From Octopus bimaculoides (Eukaryota), in NCBI RefSeq assembly GCF_001194135.2, contig NC_068984.1:120888086-120952085 (forward strand): DNA of 64,000 nt, written 5' to 3'. Positions 54,027-64,000 of the stretch are shown here, piece by piece. A program made the translations under genes and the position numbers. Below the pieces are notes generated by a model. It worked only from the letters and a program-made list of their open reading frames with translations, did not search any database and had not been told where the DNA came from. How positions within the stretch are numbered: position 1 is the first letter of the stretch; each line of letters starts with the position of its first letter.

Positions 54027-54135
54027 CTACAAAATATATTGTGATTCTTCTTTCTACAAATTCCGACATGATATTGTTTTTAATCAATAATTCTCGAATC
54101 ACAATATTGTATTTTCTATTATTTAACTATACAAA

Positions 54136-54352
54136 GGCGGCGAGCTGGGAGAATCGTTAACACGCCGGACAAAATGCTTAGCGGTATTTCGTCCGTCTTC
54201 GTGTGCTGAGCTCAAATTCCGCCGTGGCCGACTTTGCCTTTCATCCTTTCGAGGTCGATAAAATAAGTACCATTTGAGCTCTGGGGTCGATAAAATCGAC
54301 TTACCCCCTCTCCTGAAATTGCTGGCCTTGTGCCGAAATTTAAAACCAATAT
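54136..54352 (+). mobile_element. SINE family A, full length
   Basis: Head, core and tail are all present. Confidence 0.88.
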
Positions 54353-55560
54353 TTAATTAACTATACATTATTTTTTGTGTTCTTTTTCTTTTTCTGGAAC
54401 AATAGCTAAGTGGGGCCCACCACCATCAACAGTTTATGGAATGGTCATCGAGGGTAACTTGTTTCAAAGCAATGCTTCTAAAATAACAATTCCTTACAGA
54501 AGAAATAATATTACTTACGTTTCTCAATTCTAAATATATAAATTCCATTAAAAAATTTAGTCAATTCTAACATTATATTTTATTTAAAAGCAAACGTAAT
54601 TACTCACTGAAAGTAAACTAAAATGGGTAATGGATGCTGGTAAATTAACCATATTCGAAAAGATATAAACTGTAATTCTATTAAACTTCAATTAACAGAG
54701 TAACATTTAAATACTATTAACAATTCTATACATACATACATATATACATACATAAATACATATGTCAGTGTATTTTTGTGTCGGACGCAACTCCACCAAT
54801 CAAACAAAACGGGCGTTATATCAGAATGGTAGTTTATGCAATCGATAATTTGAGACGGGTAAAATAACTACCATTTTGATTAAGATCAAGTGTACTATGT
54901 TAGACTTAGAGCTGTGTGGGCAGTGTCCCTGAAAAATTGCTGTGAAACAACTGAAATCAATAAAGCAAGAGAAATTCTTTAAAATTAATGTATAATGAAT
55001 TCTAATGAAATAAGAAGTTGCTAGGATAGCTTTTGAAATTGTTTTGAGAGCTTATCAAGAGATATAAAATGATGAAAATAAGAGATGAACTAAGACCATA
55101 AGCCAGTTTCGTTCCATACCTGATCGTCTTTCAATCTTATTTTTCCTTTCAATATTTGACATATGTCAGAACCATTAAGTCATTGGAGGAAGTATCGTGC
55201 GGCCATTCCTTTGGTTTGTTACATCTGAGTTCGTATTCCACCGCGGTCAAATTTGCCATACATACTTTCGCGAATTGATGAAATGAAGTAGCAGTGACGT
55301 TTTGGGATCGATGAAATCGTCTATCCCACTCCTATTAAAACTGCTAGTTTTACCTAAATTAGAAACAACAGTTAAGAAAACAATCGATTAGTTGTTAAGT
55401 GTCTTTGATCGGATTGTGAAGATTGTAGGTGGCAGGTTTGACTTGATAAACTGTCCACCGAATAGTTAACAGCTCGAATCCTTTCACTATTGTACATTAT
55501 ATCTATGGCTAAAACATATATTTTTGAAATGTTCTAGTCCTCTTAGCATAAAATATTTAC

Positions 55561-55590
55561 CGCGACTGCGGTAGCGCATTAATCTTAGCA
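55561..55590 (-). CDS. Candidate 30-nt exon of the minus-strand gene (LRLMRYRSR)
   Basis: Minus strand: gttgtaatatttccag| acceptor, cgcg|gtaaat donor; phase 1/1, open. Confidence 0.5.
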
Positions 55591-56371
55591 CTGGAAATAT
55601 TACAACATTAGCCATTGTTTTTTATTCTTTCAGAGCTAAGATCAAATCGTGCTTAGACGGGAATCGGATGTATCTAGCTAACACACTTATACATACATAA
55701 CATAAAATAAATCTCCTTGTCCGGCATCATTACTATTTAATGAAAAGTAGGATTCATTTCCAGTTAAATTAAGTTTGGAAATAGTGTAAATTATTGAAGT
55801 AAACTAAAATGATAGATAAAATAAATGTAGTTCAGTAATGAAATTAACAATATATTTTCGTTTAAAGCTTTAAGGGATATTCCACAAGTAAAGAATTTTA
55901 GTGAGAATTTTATCAAGCTTAAAATAGCATATGTCGCAATTGGGGAATATTAGACGAATTTAATAAACTATAATTTATATGAGAGTGAAATATGAAGTAG
56001 CGTTAAGGAACGTAAACTAAAATATAGATAAGGAAGGAAGAAACTAAAAATAGCAGTCATTCTGACGTATTGAATATGTCAGTCTTACGCAAGACACTAT
56101 TTTACAGTAAATTGATGTTATCTGAAATATGGTAGTTGACTTTTCTTTTAACACTTCATTTCTGCCACTTAGAAAGTGAAAGTAAAGCGACCGACTGTCA
56201 TTATTTCTCTGTTTTATGTGTTAACCTTAATTAGCTTCAAGTCTTCCTTTCACACATCAAAGAAGGACAGTACCAAATAGTTTATGCCTCAGTATCCACT
56301 AGCCAATTCTCCCTGTAGAAAATTGTTTGCAGTGGATTTTTTTAGGCAATAATAACACATCACAAGGTGTT

Positions 56372-56570
56372 GAATCATTACCGTGTCAGTATTTCGCCTG
56401 TCTTTACGTTCTGAGTAAAAATTCTGTCGAGAATTGCTTTACATTTCAACCATCAGTGGGAGGATGGGTCAATAAAATAATAACCAGTTGAGTAGTGGTG
56501 CCGATATAGTTGACATAATCGCTCCTCCGATATTTCTGGCCTTGTGCCAAAATTTGAAACTAATATTAAC
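56372..56570 (+). mobile_element. SINE family A, diverged
   Basis: gtctttacgttctgag...ggccttgtgccaaaatttgaaac. Confidence 0.65.
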
Positions 56571-57554
56571 ACATCAGAATGTGAATGGCTAAAAAAAACA
56601 GCATGCTCAACTACCATGTCGTTGCTGAATCTATCTTATGCTAGGTATTCAAATATACCGTCAATACTCTATGTATTGGAATCCACCGTAGAGAAAGGAG
56701 CTTACATCTTTAAACGCATGTATATATACATGCATAAATATGCATACTCGCACACACAAACACACTCACACACACACACAAACACACACACAAACACACA
56801 CACATATAAATACATATACATTGCACATACATACATGTATCCGTGAATGTGTGTGTGTAAATAAGAGTATGAACCTGCATTGTATTAAATAGAACAAAGT
56901 TATTTTATTTCAAGAAACTTTTTAATGAGTTTATATAAATCTTGGTTAGTTGTAAAATACATTAAGGAGATATGCGTGCAAATGTTTATCAAACACAGAA
57001 AAAAGTATTAGGAACATAATTATAATTAAGTTAGTATAGTTAAGACCAATTCTTTAATCAGTGTTAAAATTAGTGTTTTTAACCTCTTTACTCTTGGGGA
57101 GACCTTAAGATACTCTCTGTATTTCAGGAACACTCTCATAAAAAGTGTTATATATCTTTACTAATTTCTTCTTTGTCTTTAATTAAGTTAACGCTCATAA
57201 GAAAAGGAGCAAATTATAAAACTATCTTTGAAAGATTTGGCAGTGATAAATCCGTCAGATGCTATTAAAATGGTTTGAAATATTTCGTCTTAATTAAGAA
57301 CACGTTGAAAACCAAATGCCGCTGCAGTGTTAGGGGTATTCGATCTAAATAAATGTAGCAGCATTATATTCGATCTTGAATTTAGCAGCGTTTCCCAACC
57401 ACGGTTGGGAAACATTGCTATAAATACGTCAATGTCATATAAATATACTTTCTTTTCATTAAAAAAATTATTATGACATCAATAAATCTTACTAATATTC
57501 AATTAAGAAGTTTAGATATGAAACGTCTATCATAAAGAAACGTACAAATATACG

Positions 57555-57624
<70 letters not shown>

Positions 57625-57655
57625 CACACATATATATTTTAATAGATACTCATAC

Positions 57656-57683
57656 CGAAGTTGAAAACATGAAAGTTCTCCGT
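57656..57683 (-). CDS. Candidate 28-nt exon of the minus-strand gene (TENFHVFNF)
   Basis: Minus strand: attcttgtag| acceptor, |gtatga donor; the phase 0 to 1 reading joins the next exon in frame. All three frames are open, so the frame is not fixed. Confidence 0.4.
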
Positions 57684-58229
57684 CTACAAGAATGGCTTGA
57701 TATTTTCAGGAAATAATCTTAAAGATTTCAGTATATGTTTTGAGACAGTTAATAATGTGGTAAAACAAAATTGAGTTTAAAGATATGGTAAAGATCCAGA
57801 CTTATTGCATAGCTATTATTTAGTTTTGTCTCTGTATTGTCTGATCATGTGATCTACCAAGATTCATTTTATCTGTCATTTCTTGATAAAACAAGCAGTA
57901 CTAATACACTGATTTTAATGAAATTGATTATAGTTTCTTTCTTGATAGAGAAAAATCCTTGATTAATTTTTAAAAATGAAATCGAAGTAATCAGCATTAA
58001 CTATTTATCAGTATTAATATGTGAAATGTAAGGCTGATATTTTTTAACTATACTGCATCTGCAATATATATCTACAACATTCTTTGTTTTGCTCAATACT
58101 TTATTTCAGAATAATTTTTTTAAATTAAGTTAAAAAAAAAGAAACCTCACTAATATTCTAATAATATACTTTTGCTCGGAATTAATTCTACACCTACTTA
58201 AATCTAAAGATGGAACTTAAAAAGTCAGA

Positions 58230-59054
58230 TACAAGGTGCATTCTAGAAGGTTTTAGACATTTTCAAATGAGACATTTACTAATTTCAAAGAATTATAAAA
58301 CTCGAAAATTTTCCAAAGTAGAGTTTTCCAGCCATTTCATGAAGGCCCCATAGAGGTTATCAAAATGAAAGTGTCCAGGACCCTGTCACAAACTCCTTCG
58401 TCTTCAGCTTGGGGAGCAACCAAAAGTCACAGGGAGAAAGGTGTGAATTATGGGAAGGGTGAGAGACGGTTTTGATACCCATCTCTGTCAAGTAGTTGGC
58501 TACCAGGTTGGAATTGTGGACCAGTGTATTGTCCTGGTGCAGGTGCTTTCGCCTTTTGCAACGAAATCTCTGTCTGAATTCCCTCAAAACCATCACGAAG
58601 CATGCTTTGTTGACTGTCCGGCCAGAGAGAACCCAGTGAATATAGATGATGAACTTGCTGTCGAAGAAAGGGATCATCATGAGCTTCCTGGTAGAATTAT
58701 TTTGCTTGGCCTCATCTGCCAGCGGAAAACAAAAGTGTTTGTTTCATAAAAGTTAATCTATAAACAGTCTGGAGCATGTCATAAGTTTCTGTAGCATTTT
58801 TGCCAAGCTCAGCACAAAACGTAATTGCACAGTGAGCTTCGAAATTATCTCCCCCTAACTGCGTTCTGAAAATTAGCCAGCTGTAACAAGTAGTGTTTGA
58901 TAGGGTGTGCTCAAAGGGTTGTTGCAGTCATCTCTTTCAATCTGGAATAAAAAAAAAAAGATGCATAGTAATGATATACTACAATTACAATAATCTAGGA
59001 CAGTTATAACAGCCTTTTCTAAAAAGTCTGGAAAGTTCTGGAATGCATCTTGTA
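58230..59054 (-). mobile_element. Internally deleted mariner element with both TIRs
   Basis: TA-flanked TIRs (tacaaggtgcattctagaaggttttagac vs reverse tacaagatgcattccagaactttccagac); relics CAELGKNATETYDML, KLMMIPFFDS, HQDN and SHLSPCDFWLLPKLK match mariner transposase. Confidence 0.9.
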
Positions 59055-59233
59055 TCTAAGCGACTTATTCCATGGAACGATTTACTAAAATTGAAGTAAA
59101 TCACGAAACGAATTATTTTTAACATGTATAAGACAACTGATATTCTTTACTTATTAAAACTAACCTTCCTGGCAAGTTTCAGTATATACATAGATACATA
59201 CATAGATACATACATATATACATATATACATAC

Positions 59234-59283
<50 letters not shown>

Positions 59284-60441
59284 ATATATATATATACTGG
59301 CTTCAATCCGCTCCGTATAATTTCTGCTCGACAAAGTGTTGATCTTGTGGATAGAGAAGAGAAATCTATATTGGATATTTACTGCTTTTCCCTGATCAAA
59401 AATTCTACCTCCCACAGCGATAGAAGTATTGCTTTCATACTTTCTTATATGTATTTTCTGTTAGAAACACGGTATTTCCCAACTCTAACCTAATGTATAT
59501 CTTATCATATAATGTGAATTTTATGAGTCTAAATGTTTCCATGGACGCTTTTCTTATATGTCCTTTCTTCAAACTCATATATGAATACATATTACTTCTT
59601 GCGTGAAATAAATAGACAATTTATAATCCACCCCCTCCCTTCTTTTAGCTACCGGTGGTTTTCATAGCTTTGTTTTAGACGAATAATAATTTGGATAGAT
59701 AACAGATTAGATATAAACCATATGATAAACAGTGTATTTTTAAGGGCACATATTATGTGTTATTCTTAAGCAACGGGAACAACAGAATATTAACTGATAG
59801 GAATTAATACCTTTGTCTTACATTCCACATTGACAAATGTAATTATATATATATANNNNNNNNNNNNNNNNNNNNNNNNNNNNNNNNNNNNNNNNNNNNN
59901 NNNNNNNNNNNNNNNNNNNNNNNNNNNNNNNNNNNNNNNNNNNNNNNNNNNNNNNNNNNNNNNNNNNNNNNNNNNNNNNNNNNNNNNNNNNNNNNNNNNN
60001 NNNNNNNNNNNNNNNNNNNNNNNNNNNNNNNNNNNNNNNNNNNNNNNNNNNNNNNNNNNNNNNNNNNNNNNNNNNNNNNNNNNNNNNNNNNNNNNNNNNN
60101 NNNNNNNNNNNNNNNNNNNNNNNNNNNNNNNNNNNNNNNNNNNNNNNNNNNNNNNNNNNNNNNNNNNNNNNNNNNNNNNNNNNNNNNNNNNNNNNNNNNN
60201 NNNNNNNNNNNNNNNNNNNNNNNNNNNTTCTACCTTGACTTTTTTCCACATATATTCATATATATATATATATATAAATATACCGGAGTAAGCACATGAA
60301 ATGTGCAACAAGGTGGAAAAAAAAGTACTCAAATACCAGAGGTAGAGTAATATGCTTTATTTAAAAGCAGCAGAAATATAACGAAAAAACCCGTTACTCT
60401 AACGGTTTTTTTCGTTATATTTCTGCTGCTTTTAAATAAAG

Positions 60442-60472
<31 letters not shown>

Positions 60473-62073
60473 TAATATAAGTGTGTGTGTATATTGTTGC
60501 TGCTACGGATTTTATCATTCTTTGATTGTCCAATCAAGTAAACGGAGCAGTATCACAGAGCAACGTTTACATGTCAAACGTTATGGATAAATTATTCGAC
60601 ATGGTGCGTATGATAGAATATTAGTAGGTAGTTTTTATAAAAAAACAAACGATCAAAAAATTAATATCAATTTCAAAACATATACGCAGTTGTTTGTATG
60701 TACGTAGGTGTACAATGTGTATGTTTGACAAATGTTTGCCGTATCATTTCTTTATTTCATTTCATATATTATAATATTTCATTTCTTCACATTTATAAAT
60801 ACTACCCACTTTGTTCTGACATAGGCAACGCCTGTATCCAGAATATTTACTCTTCACACTGTGCTCTGTTATACAGCCTTATTTAGGTAATTATGCATGC
60901 ATACATACATACATACATACATACATACATACATACATACATAGGCTCAATGGTCTCTTCTGAATATGTCTCCATCAGTTTAGTAATTTTCTTCACCTAT
61001 TGAAACATCTCAAGTCTTAAGTTATTGAAAATGTTGAATATTAGGAAATATTGGCTTATTTATAAGAAGAATCCTTCTTCTGTATTGTCCTGCTGCTATG
61101 TCTTCTAATAGAAACATATTTGATTTTATTGAATTTTTTCTTAGAATTGATTTATTAAAAAATATTTAAAAAAGACATCAATTCACAACCCACTAGATTT
61201 TAGAAGAAAAAATACGTTCTTTTTAATCTTAGCCACAGTGTTTTACTGTTCTGATTATCTATTGCAAACATTTTTCCATATTCTTGGGTTCCTACGCACA
61301 CATTCTCATTAATTCCTTTGCTGTTGAGCGCATTGATGATGAATAGACAAAGTAAACATTGTAAAAAGTGAAAAAAACTTGTACGTAGATATATGCTAGC
61401 TTACTGTATGTTAACTAGACACAGTGATGAGGCTAAGTCACAGCGGGAAAGATGTTTAGAATTAAAGTGGTTGAAATAGAGAAGCGGGAGGCGAAACGCG
61501 GCGAATAAAAAGAAAAGAAAGAAGTTGAAGAAATTAAGTGAAACTGGCAAGAGAACGAGATGAGATGAAACGGAAACCGAATTCTACTGAAAACCCCAAA
61601 ATACAACCACGGTGAAAGATTTTTTGATTGAAATTTGTCATTTTTATTATTTGATACGTGATCCCTACCCTTAAACCGGAAAATAAAGCATCTCGGTGAG
61701 ATTAATACAATTAATATTTAGTTTGAAAATGCGAACGTATATAGTTGAGAAGAAATATCAGCTGATAGACTTTCAAGAGCGACGGTTTTAGGAAGAAATG
61801 TTTCGTCAAAGTTGTTAGTTCAGCGTACATGGCTTATAAAAGAGATTCAGAACCAAAATCGAGTTTGGAGTAATTTGGAATTATTTTTCTTCGTTTGTGT
61901 TTCCTTTATTAGAGATCTTTGCCTAAATTTGACGAACACAGATACCCTACGCTCGCGCACGCACACACACACACACACACGCATACACGCACATATAGAC
62001 ACATATGCACATGTATGCCTGCATGTGTATAGATATACATGTGCCTATACACACACATATACATATGTGTGTG

Positions 62074-62191
<118 letters not shown>

Positions 62192-62874
62192 GTGATTTAG
62201 TTCACGTGTGATCTAAATTAATAGGTACGCTGAGTAAGTGCTATAGTTGGTCGTCTTTTAGGTTCCAAGTTCCCACCTGAGGCCAGATCTAGTGATCCGT
62301 ATTAGGGCTCCGTTATAGCAGGTATATATTATATTAGAGGAAAAAGCAAAACTAAGGCAGAACGAGTATCTCAAGTCATTTAGAATAATTCAATTAGGGT
62401 ATGGTGAATTTGAAGTCTTTCAGCCGTTTCTGGGATAACCCAAGTGGTTGGTTCGCATGTCCGTGCACTGGGTATTCTGTCATCAGAGACGTGGTATGAA
62501 TATTTTAGACACGGAAAATTTAAAGTTTACAGGAGTAGAAAAGATTCACATTTTATAAGGAATGGAATAGAAGAATGAAGGAATAAACAGAATATAGGGT
62601 AAAGGTAGAACACGGGTGAGGGGGGAGAATAAGCAAAATGTAAGTTAGTACTAGAGCGCAGAATGTTCCTGAAGGTCGGCAATGGTCTTCCTCGGTCACG
62701 AGTGGACGGCCACCATGTATGTATGTATGTGTGTATGTAAAGTGATCAAATATCACTCCGGTGACCAATGTGGAGCAGCTCATCCATAAAAAAAATAATA
62801 AATAAAATAAAATAATATATATAAAAAGATAAAAAATAATATAAAAAATAATATATATATATATAAAATTAAAA

Positions 62875-63150
62875 TTGGCTGGCCTCAAATCTCACCTGCA
62901 AACCCATGGAAAACAAATTTCAACCAGTTATTCTGGTTATATGTCTGTGCACACATTTGAATGTGGTGTGTGCCAGAGGGTTTGCAAATCCAATGGAGGT
63001 CTTAAAAGACATGTTAGGATCCACAATGATGTGGTTTAAAAAGCCACATCAGACGCCATGAAAGGGCTAAAGTGTAGGTGCAGGAGGTGGTCAAACTCTG
63101 TGTAAGGAGTAGACAACCACCACCATGTATGTATACATGTATGTATGTAC
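62875..63150 (+). mobile_element. Probable retroposed LINE 3' end carrying C2H2 zinc-finger coding sequence
   Basis: 62875-63039 reads LAGLKSHLQTH...FECGVCQRVCKSNGGLKRHVRIH (C-x2-C-x12-H-x3-H); a further GLKSHIRRH follows in another frame, then ccaccatgtatgta tail; no splice acceptor upstream. Confidence 0.6.
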
Positions 63151-63896
63151 GTATGTGCAGAAAATAAGGACTCTTTGAGAAAGGAAAGGAAGGCTAAGGA
63201 AAATATATCCAAGTCTCTGAAAACTGCGAGGAATAAAACTACATTGTCTATGGTTTTTCATTTTATTATTGCTGTCATCTGCACGTTTCATTATTATCTT
63301 GCTTGCAACTGTATGCTATTAATTACCTTAAAACTATGAGAATCTGGAAAATGTCAAAATTTTCTTGGATTAGATAAGATATACTACACCCACTTATAGA
63401 TTACCACAATTTATATTCTGATAAAATACTAAACCCACTAATTTGAGAGTACACTGCTCGTAAATTTTCATTCTTATTATTTTTAAAATGGTCTTTCTCG
63501 TATCTTAAAAACATCAAAATTTTCTCGTATTTTTATTGATGTACTTTTTTTTTAATTTCATGTTACATTTTATGTACTTTTTTGCACTTCTTTAATCAGA
63601 AAGGGAACTGTCAATTTGAAACTTTTCTATAAGATAAATTCAATGAGTGAATAGAATACAGGTTCCATAAAACTATTCTTAGTTAGCCTCACAAGTATTA
63701 TCGTCTGACAAAAGTACTTGCTTTTATTGTTTATGATACCTAATCTAAAGAATAATAGTTTTTCCTTCACTACATATTCAGAATTCAAATTGACAAAGAG
63801 ATCTCCTGAAAACGAACAAAGTTGAATATTTCTCAGATAACTGAAGCATAGATAGATGTTCTCATGTTACTCTGCTTTGATATTAATCTCATTCAA

Positions 63897-64000
63897 GGCG
63901 GAAATCTGGCGGAATCATTAGCACGCCGGGCGAAATGCTTAGCGGCATTTCGTCCATCCTTATGTTCTGATTTCAAATACCGCCAGGGTTAACTTTGCTT
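63897..64000 (+). mobile_element. SINE family A, cut by the window end
   Basis: Head and B-box-like region visible. Confidence 0.8.

Noticed and set aside
56089-56121. 33-nt minus-strand exon candidate (ITSIYCKIVSC)
   Set aside because: Good sites, but open only in phase 0, incompatible with the phase-1 chain around it unless further exons exist.

Overview
AT-rich, microsatellite-dense eukaryotic genomic DNA from a draft assembly with about a dozen N-gaps. The SINE families and repeat density suggest an octopus-like coleoid cephalopod (inference). Almost all ORF-track entries are microsatellite, N-gap or transposon artefacts. Two convergent spliced genes emerge from splice signals and exon phases. 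(1) A plus-strand von Willebrand factor A (VWA) domain gene has a clear exon at 7292-7730, a 54-nt phase-1/1 exon at 8329-8382 and a probable stop-containing exon at 10713-10834; its 5' exon(s) are not visible. (2) A minus-strand multi-exon gene of unrecognised product has eight small phase-compatible exons from 57683 to 42185 (about 207 open codons) and unresolved 3' exons near 39.5, 38.6 and 34.7 kb. The rest is a transposon graveyard: two tRNA-derived SINE families (many copies, some nested or tandem), a CR1/L2-like LINE 3' fragment sharing its tail with one SINE family, an RLE-type (HERO/NeSL-like) relic, a retroposed 3' end carrying C2H2 zinc fingers, Tc1 and mariner relics, hAT elements with 8-bp TSDs, Helitron-like termini, a 20-bp minisatellite and several long hairpins. 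No prokaryotic-type system (CRISPR, operon, rRNA or tRNA gene) is supported.
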